In this document: positions 34,249-46,800 of the stretch, in pieces
Position numbering within the stretch: the stretch's first letter is position 1
Layout of the letters: each line of letters starts with the position of its first letter
NCBI GenBank assembly: GCA_965235115.1
Contig: OZ249436.1
Span: forward strand, 53,942,001-54,006,000
Direction: 5' to 3'
Origin: Laetmonice hystrix
Taxonomy: Eukaryota
Length of the DNA: 64,000 nt
The notes under the pieces: generated by a model
The model's input: only the letters and a program-made list of their open reading frames with translations
What the model was told of the DNA's origin: nothing
The model's database searches: none
Position numbers and translations under genes: made by a program

Positions 34249-37200
34249 ATGGCGTCGTCCAGTCGAGAACTCGTGGTAACAGTTTTGGGAAACTTTTCTG
34301 CATTGACGAAGAAACCCGAAGTATTTTTGAGGTCTGTGTCTGAATATATATTTCTGAAGTGAATTTTGTAATTTATAGGATAAAAAGAACGCCTGTTACT
34401 CAGAAATAATTATGTAGTATTAAATTTATGAAAAATGTACATAATATCGCCCGCCAACACGGCATATGAGCGGGTAAATAGTCGATTCGCCCCACTTCCG
34501 ATTCGCCCCGGTCGATTCGCCCCACTCGAAAAGACGATTCGCCCCACTCGGAAAGTCGTTTCGCCCCAGTCCAGACTGGACGCTAACTGACTCCATCATT
34601 CTATCAGTCTACGTTTTTATTGAGTCTTGATACTATCCAGTCCAGTAAACAAGTCGTTTTGTGAACCAATTAAGGCCGACCGTCCGGCCCGGAGCGAGCT
34701 GCTAACTACCGGCTCTGTACCGCGTGCTGTTGCCGGCCCGTCCCGGGCTCCCCACCTCCACGGCCCGGCAGGCAGGCGGCCGGGTAGCGAGCCGCTGATG
34801 ACCGGCGGAGCTGTGTCTGTAGGCGGGTTCGCGTAGGCCGTATGGGCCTAGTGCCCTAGACGGGATCGTGAGCCTGCAACCGCCGCAGCCACCCGCACGC
34901 CCGCCGGCAATCGGCCTGCCTCACTCTACCCAGTCCCCGCTTCCGACCCTGACGCCTGACCCTTCGAACGGGTGCCAGGACGTCCCCGCCCGGCCCGCTT
35001 CTCCCCTCTGTCTCTGAGGCCCGGTGGCGGCGAAGGCCCATCGAGACGAGACAGTAATTAGTAATGGCCTACCAACTAACTATAAAAGCTCCAGTGTGGT
35101 TAAAGAACTTAGGTTGAAGCAAATTAACTTCGAGATCATCGATGGGGCGAAACGACTTCAAGTGTGGGGCGAAACGACTTCGAGAGTGGGGTGAAACGAC
35201 TAGGGGTGGGGCGAATCGACTAGGTTGTGGGGCGAAACCGACCCGGGTCGAAACCGACCTGGGGCGAATCGACTATAATTCTATGAGCGGATATGAGCCC
35301 GTCGCGATTTGAGCCCGTCACTTGAGCCCGCCGGGTTAAACCCCGCGAGGGTCCCGTCAAAGCAGATGGTATAGCGGCGCCCTGGTGCCAGTTGGTGTAG
35401 GCGAATCAGCCAATTAATATGATGTAGGTGCTACCTGGAGGGCGAGCGCAGCGACAGGAGGCCTACAACTATAACAATATACGATGTCAGGACTGGGAAT
35501 CCTTGTTAGCAGCATGGACGTCGGGATATTGTGGCGTCACAGTGAACAAACACTCACGCGACTGTTTGTTCACTGTGACGTCACAAATCACACACGCGCT
35601 GCAAGGGTCACATGACCCGCCATGGATTTCTCCATGGATTTGCTCCATGGTTTTTCCGGTTCCGGTTTTACGTGACAAAATTTTTTGGTGAGACGGTATG
35701 TGTTTTACGTGACAAAATTTTTTGGTGAGACGGTATGTGTCACCTTGGCTACCGTTTCACACGTGTTGTCATAGAGCTCGCTTCGCGAGCCGGTGCGCGG
35801 CTCGCTGCGCTCGCTATAATCCAATTCTCGGCAATTGTTCAAAAGATTATATAGATCCGCCTAGCCATATCCCGCTCTCTACCGACCGGCTGAGGCCCCT
35901 GCTTGAAGTGCTTCAACAAGCCCAGGCCGAACGGCCCGGCCGAGGGCAACCGGCCGAGACCCCCTACAACTTACCCCGGACTTACCCCGGCAGCGAGCGA
36001 GCCGGCGGCGGTCCCGCAGCAGCTTGAGCGAGCGGGCGAGTGACCGGCCACCACTCCCTCGCTCACCCGAGTTACAGTCAGAACGTCTATGAGTCAGAAC
36101 GTCCACGGTGCCACTGAGTCAGAACGTCCATGCAACATGGTCAGAACGTCCATACCACTTTGCAACTCACACACCGACATTTCCTTTCTGCCAATGTCAT
36201 TGAATGTGCCTTTTGGGGGGCCCTGGCCTAGATGATAGTCGTAACTATTACCGTACTAAGCGGTGGGTACGTCTTTAATTTTAATTCGAAACCGAGCGTT
36301 GCTAACGAAACCCGAGTTCCTATTGAAGTTTAAGACATCTCTGAGTAGGGTACTGGCGTAGTCTAATGCGTTTTGGGTAGCCGCAGGCCTCGACCAACTG
36401 TTATGTTCAGTAAAGATGATCAAACTCAACAACTCCCCCAAAACCAACCAACCTATTCACCCTCGTGTGCCTCTCTATCATTAAAGTTTACCCCATTGCC
36501 GACTGATGGGTCTGACATGACCGCTAGCTGTGTGGGGTGCTGAAGGGAAGGGAGAGAAGTAACGCTCGGTTTCGTGAAAAAGATCTACCGTACCGCCTTT
36601 TGACTGCTACAAAGTAGGCCTACAAGTCTAGATGGACTATACCCTATACTATTATAATAGGCCTATACATGTAATAATATGGTTCCTAAACTTCTTTTGA
36701 GACCAACTCCAATGTACGTGCTTGGACTGTGGTTGTGAGCCAAAAGCATGTACGTTGTGACCCGAAAGCGTGTACGTTGTGACCATTTTTGGACGTTGTG
36801 GCTCATGGACGTTTTGACTCGTGGACGTTTTGACCGGGACCCCGCTCACCCCGGGCAGGCTCGGCGGCTCCCCGAGGAGCTCATATGACGGGATCATTTC
36901 GCGGCGGGCTCAAGTGGCATGATACCCACTCGTTAGAATAAGTTATAGGCTATAGCCCACAATCTAATTAAAATTACATCTTGGTATTCTGCGTCTCTCT
37001 CGTCTGTGCCAGTGCTGCCTGCACTCCATACCTAGATTTACCTAGTATGGAGTGAATGCGAAATAACTGAGATCTAATTTAATTAGATTGCATAAGCCAT
37101 GGCCCATGCCATCATGGGCTGGCGAAGTTATTTTGTTGTTGGTTTCTACTTGGTAAGGCAAGGGGCGAGCCTTTGGATACATCGAGGGCTATGGCTTTTT

Positions 37201-40200
37201 TTTAAAGTTTGTACAGGAGATTTACAAAAAGGTTTTCCTGACAATACGTGGTCGTGGAGAGTAAAGAAATAAATAAAAATCTGTTAAGCAGGGGTGTTTG
37301 TTTGTTTTTTGGTAATTTGGAGAAAAATAATCAATGTGTGTGGCAAATTATTGAAAGATATGACAAGAAAGTTTCTGCAGGGGTTGGCCAGTGACAGTGT
37401 GTCTGGGGTAATCCCCCATGGCAAGATACTGTCATAAATGGCCTAAACTTCTGAGTGTATAAAACAAGGCATAGGCCATAGCTGATTTTTAAATGAACGT
37501 GGGCAGAGGATGATAGTTCAACAAGAATGCATGGCCCTAACCTACATTACGCTAGAGTAATATATCTAGATTGAGGACCCAGGCCTTGCCTTAAGAAAAA
37601 GTCAGGGGCGCCTTAAATGGAAAGACCTGAGGACCTATATTCTAAAGCCGGGAACCCACTCTGCGATTTCAGATTGCAGGCTCTACGATTTTAAAATCGT
37701 ACGAGCCTGCGACAAAATATTAAACAGGTTTGATCTGAAATCGTAGCTAAATCGCAGGGCCTGCGATCTGGAATCGTAAGTGGCACCGGAACCCATTATG
37801 CGACAAATGGTCACGACATGAATTGTACCTGAATCGTACGGTCAAAATCGCATAGTGGGTTCCGGCCTTTACTTTGCCTCAGGTCTTGGGACTAAGTATT
37901 AAGCATTGTAGAAGCTGCATGAATGAGCACATCCTTGACAAAAACATAACAGTGGTAAAAATTGCAAATAATGGCTCATCTAAATCGAGCTAAAAAAATT
38001 GCCTGACCACTTTTATGAGAGTCATGTCTGTATTTTATTGGTGTTATTTTTCAGCTCTGATCAAACACTGGCAACCAAACTAAAAGGATGGACAAAAGAG
38101 TTGTATGATGTGACCAAATCATCAGATGTAATGCCGTGTGGTGATGCACTGCCGGAACTCATCACTGAAGGTTTTGACGATGAGCAGGTTTGGCAAGAGT
38201 TGGAACTACAAAATGAGGCTACTGTAGACCAGCTGCTACACAAGGTTGCACATCTTGTAACATCAAAGACTGTTAGTTTTGAAGTATCTGCCATGTCTCC
38301 ACTTGAACAGGATGCTGGAGCGACAGATGAAGAAAGCATTGTATCAGATGAGCAAATGGACTCTGATTACATGGATGAAAAGGACAGTGAATTGGAACAA
38401 AGTGCTGAAGAGCTTCAGCAGATAGGAGATGAAAAAGGACTTGAGATTGGGGATGACACAGGAAGTGAAAGTGAAGAAGAAAAAGAACTTAAACTGTTGC
38501 TTGATAAAGTGTCCTCTTCAAATCAACGTGGTGAAAATGATGACGACTCAGAAATGTCAGATGTGCAGTTTGATGATGATACAAAAAGTGCATCAAAAAG
38601 GAAGTCAAATAAAAAGCATACTAGTAGTGAAAGTGATGAATCAGAGCCTGAATCAGAAAGGAAAACCAAACAGAAAAAGGGAAGAAAAACGGTTGTGGAT
38701 GACAAGTTCTTCAGAATATCAGAACTAGAAGCTTTCTTAGACTTAGAAGATGCAAAAGAGGAGAAACGAAGGAAGAGGGAAGAAGGTGGACTAAAGGATG
38801 ATGAGAGTGATGGTGACAGTTCAGATGAAGATGATGAAGATGTTAACTTCTTTAATGACATTCCATCAGATGAGGAAGAAACTGGGGTGAGATTTACCAC
38901 AATTATCATTTTTAATTATGTAATTTCCAAGATAGATTTACATGACAAAAGGCAAATAAATCATAATTTGATATAGTTGGGCTCTTCTGCTGGCTTTAGT
39001 ATCCCAAGATCAAAATAGTTTTTATGTATTGGAATTATTATTCTCTGGTAGACCACTGAAGCTCAACCTTATTTTGCGACTTTAAGTAGAAGGTGATTGA
39101 ACACCACAAACCAGTGGCTTTCTTGCCAACATTTGACATTGCCAACATAATGTCTATAACATAACAGGACAGGGTCTTGTTGAAAGTGTTATGCAAGTAA
39201 ATGAATATACATGTACTGAAGAATCGGTGATGTAATGACCCCAAGCAAAAAGTCTATGGATAGATTGTTGGAATGCATGGCAATGACTCACAAACATACA
39301 TAAATTGCGGTTATAATTTGAAACCAAAACAAATATTAATCAATTTTCAAGACACTGAACAATACAAAAGTAAAAAGCTTTAGCAAATGAATCAGGCTTT
39401 CCGGGGGTCTAATTTACAGTGGGATGTCCTCAAGCCCCCCCCCCCCCCCCCCCCCCAAGGTTAACATCTCTGGATAAGATATCCTGACAATTGAACATCA
39501 TGCCGAGAACTGTGCATGATGGCATATTTCATACTTGTAGGCATTGTCTACACAAGCAACTTTATGCTTTTCTGAATGCAGGGTAAGAGCTCTCGAGACC
39601 TAAGGTATGAGGACTTCTTTGATGCGCCAGATGACCAAGGAAAGGGGAAGATACTGAAAGAGAACTCATCTGGGTTAAAAAAGCAAAAAGAAGATAAGAG
39701 TGACAAAGGCAAAGTTGATGAGGAAGATGAGGAAGATGAGGAAGATGAAGAAAATGAGGAAGATGAAGAAGATGAAAAGGAAGGTGGCGAAAATAGCAGT
39801 GAAAGTAGCAGTGAAGGAGAGGATGTGTCAGAAGTACTAGGCAATAATAAAAATAAGAAGATATCATCATTTGAACTGCGACAGGAAAAGGTATTATCCT
39901 TATCATTATTTTCTTTTTTTACTCAAGAACATTACGTGGATATTAATGCTAGTGACACTGTGACAGTGCTTGACAATATGTCAGTGGACTTAGTAAATAT
40001 TTTAATTTTAAGATTATTCTACAGTAAATGCAGTAAATGGAAACTATAACAATATCCTATATATTTTATCATTTCTGTGATAGAACAGAAAGAGATTTTA
40101 ATTAAATTGACTATCTGTAATGTTTTATTGCAGCTAAAAAAAAATATCTCGGAGCTTGAGGAAGCCAATCTGAGTAAAAAACCATGGCAGTTGATGGGTG

Positions 40201-42713
40201 AAGTCGGTGCTTCTGCCAGACCTGAGAACTCACTCCTACAAGAAGACCTTGATTTTGAGCATCAAACACGTATCAGTATGTTATTGTTTTTTCTTATTCT
40301 TTTCATTCAATATAAGATTCTCTCAAATTAGCATTTTTAAATGTCATGTGAAGAAGGACATAGATGCATCAAAGCTCTTTAGGTTGTCCAAATTGGCAGA
40401 TCTTGAAATGGAACCATGGTTAATTATTTCAACTGGAGTTTTAGGTTGTCTAGATCTATGCAACGAAATGAGACATACAGAGACCCAATGTACCAGTGCT
40501 TATAATTGTATGCTATAGTTTTATTAAAACAAGGTTCATCGATATTTCAGCCCCGGAAATCACAGAGGAAACGACAAAGACATTAGAAGACATTATCAAA
40601 CAACGAATCAAAGATCAGGTAGGAAAGGTTTTGAATGTAAACTGATGTTTCGTAGCTCTGTTACATAAAATCCTAAATGTTAATGCATCAGGGCCTAGGA
40701 TGATTTCATATCGCAAGATTTTGACCAAGGCTGCTAAAGGTTGTAAGTCCATGTTATAACTCTGTCCTCAAGAGATTCATCCTTTGGTAGATAAGACTAG
40801 ATGTGTAGAGCTTGCATTAAGGAAGGTTCAGCAGTTAGACACACCATGCCGAGACAGGATTCTGAATGTTAAATATGATGTTGACAGATATGGGATGATG
40901 TAGAGCGGAAGGTGAAGCCAGCAGACACAGCCTATCAGTACAAGAAACGGGTTGTCCTGGACCAGGAGAAGAGTAAAATGAGTTTGGGAGAGATCTATGA
41001 ACAGGAATACTTAAAACAAGCAAAGGTAAGTGGGGCAGCTTTCAGGCTTTCTCTGTGGATCCAATGATATGATTGATATTATTTGATTAGGTGTGAGGCA
41101 ATGTTAATTGAATCATGTATAACTTTGTTATATTCTATTTTTACCATTAAATATGACTTGCTTGGTAATAATATTATTTAACTGAATAACATTATTTTAT
41201 TGTCAACATTACAAGTGCTCATTTTCCACACATTTTCTAATCTAGCTTGATCAAGCATTCCAGTAGTCGCCACCTATTTCATTTCTTGAGTAGCTTGTAC
41301 TAACATCACATATTCTGGAGAGATATCTTTAATGTGTTGATATATTATTTTCATACAGGAAGAAGAAGAGAAAAGAGATCCCCAACATGAGGAAATAGAG
41401 AAGTCAATGACATCACTCTTCATGAAGTTAGATGCACTGGCACACTTCCACTTTACACCCAAGCCTGTGAGTACTAAATAAAGACTGGGTATACCTCATT
41501 AATACTTATGTCTAATGCATTTAAAAATTTTCACCAGTGCAAAAGAAAAATAAGGATGTATTATATTTAGTTAAGCATGGTAAATATTTTTACTGTGACA
41601 CTCACAACATGACGAAGTGCACTTTAACCAGATCACTGTTATAACATAGTACACTTCCAATATGAGATACTTAGTGACAAGAGCAATTGTTTCAGTTGTC
41701 ATCAACTATATAATTAATAAGTGGATAGATCTTCTGTTTTTTCCCCCAAGTTATTATCATTTTCATTAATGTTCCTGACTTTTTCTTATATAAAATTCCT
41801 TGTGATATGCAGGCAATACCAGAGGTGAAGGTGATAAGTAATATGCCATCAGTTGTTGTGGAAGAGGTGGCCCCAGTCACCATGAACGAGGCTGCCATGC
41901 TTGCTCCAGAAGAAATACAGGTACAGATTATATTTTGTGTTGTTCTCATTAGTAAGTCATCAAATCTATAAAAATACTGTTTGGATCATAATATTAGGGC
42001 TAATGGAGTCATCCCAGGGACTGCTAAATCGTGATATTTTTCAAGCATAGATACATTTTTGCCTGTGTAGGAAAAGAAGAAAACGGAATTGAAGGGTGAC
42101 TCCGAGAAGTCCAAAGAAGATAAGAAAGCAGAATTACGAGCAAAGAAAACACGTCAGCGCAAGAAGAGACAGGCGACAGATGCGCGCAAGAAACAGATTG
42201 AAAAGACTAACCCAGGGCTTGGGAAAAAATATGCCCAGGAGAAGGCCTTTAAAGACCTTGAGAAGCAAAGTAAAGGAAGTAGACCTGGTGTTACTATTGT
42301 CAAGGTGAGATTCCCCATTAAACTTCAGCACTGATCCACTTCGTCTTCATGATATGGTAGTGAAAGCTACATTTACTTTTCCAAGTTAATAACCATTCTA
42401 CTTTTAAACCAGTATCGGAACCCTTGCGTCTGAATTTGATAATGCTCTAATGTTGTCCCACTTGTTGCATTGGATATTTATTCAAATTGCAGAGTGTGCT
42501 CTTGTATTTTATCATCATGTAAACAAAATATAATCGCAATATATTTAATAATAAAATCTGGCCTTTTTTCAGGAGACCAAAGAAAAGACTGGGTTGACGT
42601 CTTCAGGGGCGTTCTTTACAAAACTTCAGGATGAGGTTTCGAAGCAGATCAGAGGGGGAAAGGACAAGAAGAAAGAAAAGAAGCGAACCTCAGCAGCAAA
42701 ATTAAAATTGTAG
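34249..42713 (+). CDS. MPHOSPH10: U3 snoRNP protein Mpp10, 10 exons
   Basis: Exons 34249-34331, 38055-38886, 39582-39890, 40134-40275, 40551-40618, 40888-41025, 41359-41466, 41813-41920, 42071-42304 and 42573-42713. Motifs FDDEQVWQELELQN, VDDKFF, YEDFFD, KPWQLMGEV..RPENSLL, LDALAHFHFTPKP and C-terminal SSGAFFTKLQD..KLKL. Confidence 0.95.
34474..35281. mobile_element. MULE/Foldback-like element (GTCGATTCGCCCC subrepeats)
   Basis: Inverted arrays of GTCGATTCGCCCCA at both ends and an exact 9-bp TSD TATGAGCGG (34465-34473, 35282-35290). A fragment of the same family lies at ~31524-31614. Confidence 0.85.
35665..35738 (+). repeat. Perfect 37-bp tandem duplication
   Basis: GTTTTACGTGACAAAATTTTTTGGTGAGACGGTATGT x2. 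Confidence 0.9.
36069..36842. mobile_element. MULE/Foldback-like element (GTCAGAACGTCCA subrepeats)
   Basis: Inverted subterminal arrays and an exact 9-bp TSD CGCTCACCC (36060-36068, 36843-36851). Confidence 0.85.
37643..37871. mobile_element. Harbinger/Tourist-like MITE
   Basis: TAAAGCCGGGAACCCACTCTGCGATTT / AAATCGCATAGTGGGTTCCGGCCTTTA, the same terminal style as 4946-5175. Confidence 0.75.
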
Positions 42714-43814
42714 TATGGTTTTAAGTGGCATGTTGCCCCAGTTGAAATTGTAATACAGAATGACTGTAATGGGGGCAGTTCAAAGTGAGTGGATGGTCTA
42801 CATCTTCCCATTGCTCTGGACATTAAGGGAATGGCCCAGTACATGTACTGCCAAAATGGATCATTCAGTCACGGGAAACACTCACCTCAAGGGGAAAAAC
42901 AATAAATGAGATCAGACAAGTATATTTTCGTTTAAAATATGCACAACATTGTCAGCTCATGGGAAGGCCTGTTATTCTATATAATATTACTAGTTTTCTG
43001 AATGAATTATAACAGTGTAAATAAATTATCTATGAAAAACGATGTTATTGTCTTTGGTACATGTTTTTTAATTAAGGTACACAAATTCTGTCCGAGTTAT
43101 TATTAAAAATCTTTGCCACATTTTTAGTTGCTTTCAGTAAAGCCTCTGACCTAGTAGTACCGTATGTTACATAATGTATATTCAGGGACACGTAGAATGA
43201 AGAGGACACAAACATACAAAAATACAAGAATTTATTCAATCAATGGAAATACATATCTTATTTCATCATTAAAAGGCATAAAATAACTACTTTCTAAAAT
43301 TTTGACCCGCGTCATATTCTTGGTGTAAAAGATAAATTATTAAACATGATCATAATAATTTATGTGGTAAGTTCTATACATGAAACCTCGTAAAAAATCG
43401 GTTTATCTTTAGTGCCCATGGTTTCTCATAAAATACATGTGTACTTCAGAACATGACTGCATCAGACCGAAAACGTATGCCAATGTATTCAACCCCCTCA
43501 GGACTACATCTTTGATGTTGGTTGTATCTGGATTTGGTTAATGGATATATATTTTTTACATCCCATCAAATCGTGCGCAGGATGTATATGAAACATATTC
43601 CAGCTAAACGTTCCCTGAAACATTACCCCTGTAAGAGGGCAAATAATGCCTCGAGTAATCCCCATGTTGGGTCTATTGCTAGTCTTCATACAACATCATG
43701 ATGAACATAATTCTTTACCCTCACTGATGCAGTGAACGAATAAAATGTTTTCAGGCGGCATGTTCTCTGAACGTGTAATAATTATTGTTATTACTTTATC
43801 TGACACTTATATAT

Positions 43815-46800
43815 TCACACATCGAGCATGGACTGGTCACGGAAGGCCTGAAAGAGTACATAAAGGCTGTCTTTATCTTCACTTTGACCATACTGAGCTT
43901 TCAACTGAGGAAAGTTGGCACCTAGAGCGAGCAAGTCCGCCTTCTCCATAGCACGGTCCCCTTCAGTCGCAGCAGCAGTTACAGTCTGTAAGTAATTAAA
44001 TACCTCTAATTAATTTATTTTAAACGTAGTTCTTTTTTTCATTAACAGCTGGACACACTTTAGATACATAAAATACCGTCTGTTTTGGAAAAAAGATTAT
44101 GACCTGTATATTTATATTTTGAAGAAACATCTAGGGTGTAGTACTTAATGTCTGTATTCATTGTGGTTTGTCCATTTCCATCAGATGAAAATCCATGACT
44201 TTCCCGTTACCTGTATGATGTGTGACTTGGCACTGTTGGGGTCGTGGATGGTTTGCCATGTGCTGCCTGTGTACAATTCTTTAGTCACCACATGAAGATG
44301 TATGGTAGATGGGTGGGCGAAGCCTCTGGTTACTGATATTCGTACCTACAACAAATATTTCTATCTACACATCTTTACTATCCTCAAACCTATACATTTG
44401 TTTACAGGCATTTATATCTGCTTATGACTCTATTAACAGTTTAACACACTCGTGTAGGCCTATAGCTTGTCTGCCACAGGCCTTTTTTTATTAATACATT
44501 CAAAGAACTCATTTTGGGAAATGTGTACTTACAGTAACATGGTCAAACAAGTTGTATGTCTGTGTGCCTAGAACACTGTTAACATTGATGCTGCTTGTAC
44601 CAAAACTCAAGGAGCCACTTGTCCATTCTGGGTGAAATGGTGACGCTATGTACAAAACTTGGCCTTCTTTACTGCGCAGATAAGCAGCACCCTTGACACC
44701 AAACCTAATGACAAGAAAATAAATGTCTGTGTGCTCAAAGAATTCATAATGTAGTGCAACTGTTCTTGTCAATATTTTCAAACTTTTACTTGATTATAGT
44801 GACATAATGGATTATCTTGTGAAATCTAGAAGATTTGCAAAAGAACCTTGGCAAAAAGACAAGCAGGCCGTTTGTTCTCAGTTGAAAAATAACAGCATCA
44901 GCCAGGCAGGTGTCTTCATCCTCTGGCAAACCGAGGAAAAATAATGTCTGGAAGAGTTCCAACGACTCCTTTTGAGCATGCTGGGCTTCCTGTAACACAC
45001 AGACATAACAAAAACATCCGCCACCCTAGAGCCAATACTGTACCAAACAAGTTATTTCAAATTTTGAGATTTAAAAAGTAACAAATACACAAAACAGAGC
45101 AAAAACGTTTTCGCATCCTGTTAATTCACTTGTTACTTGCCAATATGTATATAAATACAAGAGTACTTACATCCGAATACTAGCTTCCAGTCCCTTCATT
45201 CAATGGATACTACTCATGACAAAAGGCTTATTATAGTGTTGAATCAGTGAATTAACTTTGCACAGCCCCTACCCGTCGATAATATGGGGAATACATTTAT
45301 AGGTATGGAAGTATAATCTGGCTATAAACTCCGAACGGTTTCACTTACTCGGTGTTTGTTATTGATGTGCTCACTAAGTTCATTCAATTCCTTGTTTCCA
45401 GGCAGTTTGTTGATGTCCTCTTGATGGAGAGCAGCCAGCAGTAAACGATGAACCTACATAACATTTTATTTTTAAAACAATGTTGTTAAGCAAAAGAACA
45501 AATCCAAACAATTGGTATGAATTGTATATTTAAATACTTTCTGGTTCCTTTGATCTTTTGGAATTAATCTGAATATTCAAGTGAACCCAGTTCTCAATTT
45601 GGTGTCAATGGTATAAATCTAAAGGGGCAAAATAAGATATTTGCTATCAAGGAGGGATTTACTAAACCAGTGATTTTTAGTGTGTATATGGATGGGATAC
45701 CTACAACAATATCTGCATATCTCCTAATTGGTGAAGTGAAATGGGTGTAGTAATCAAGTGCAAGGCCATAGTGGAAGAACTGTTCCCTTGCCAAGGAGCC
45801 TGTAGAAAAGTATGAGGCGTTTGACATGGCTTGTGTTGCCATGGACCTCAGCAGCTGAAAAGGTAACATTTATTAAAATTTATATTACACCATCCCCTTT
45901 TAAACAATATACATGTACATGTATTTAAAAGGATTTTTAACACCCAAAAGATTTTATCAGACATTTGGGAGAGGCTTTTAGTGATTTTTAAAACACTTCT
46001 AGGAATTCCTAACATTTCTTTGCCTTTTATGTACAGACCATACATAAAATACTGCACCTTATTAAGTAAGGGATCATCTGGATCAACACAGGCATCAAGG
46101 GAATCGGCCAAAGCTTTGTTAGAGTGAGTCGCTATCTCAAATCCCTTTGATTTGGCACACTGGATGAGAGTCTCAAAGTGCTCCTGCCTTGGGAGGGGAT
46201 GATGACGCAGCTGGAAAAATAGTTGTTCAGGGACAGAAACTCAGATACAAATAGCTGTACAGTAACATACCAGATAAAACCACATATAAAAATAGGGACG
46301 CCTACATGTAGAAAGAATTCTCATTGTAATTCAGGCACTTGTAAAAAAAAGGTAGCTTTTGTTACTTACGAGAGCCTGGCTTGGGAATGCTTGACAGATC
46401 TTCTTGGCCACCCAGTGGTTTGCAAAGATCATACATTCTGCTATTGTTTCATGGATTTCCATCGACTACATAAAGGAAACGTAAAACAGTCAACTCATAT
46501 GTTTATCGTATCCAGTTTTCAATGTTTTCTGATCTTTGATCATGTACGGTACACTTACCCTGGTAATCTAAAGTTATTGCTATGCTTACAACTGTGCTGA
46601 CCCAATCCCCTCTGTATAAGCCACTCTCACGTTATGGGCCTCCCTCCTCCCCAAAGTCCCAGAAAAAAAATCAATAGGCTGCTACCTACCCGAGACAAAA
46701 GACAGACATATTACATCCCCACAGGTCTACCAGTTTGGTTCATAAGCCCAGGCTGAGGTCACGATAACCCCTGGTTTGGGCTAAATGCTGTGCATAACTC

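Larger units (their letters stand above)
34461..36927. mobile_element. Outer MULE/Foldback-like element (TGAGCCCG subrepeats) hosting two insertions
   Basis: Left end, rejoined across 34474-35281, reads GGCATATGAGCGGATATGAGCCCGTCGCGATTTGAGCCCGTCAC. It is inverted relative to the right end TGACGGGATCATTTCGCGGCGGGCTCAAGTGGCATGATACCC. No clean TSD. Confidence 0.55.

Noticed and set aside
38061..39906. Minus-strand Ser/Leu/His-rich ORFs
   Set aside because: Antisense shadows of the acidic MPHOSPH10 exons.
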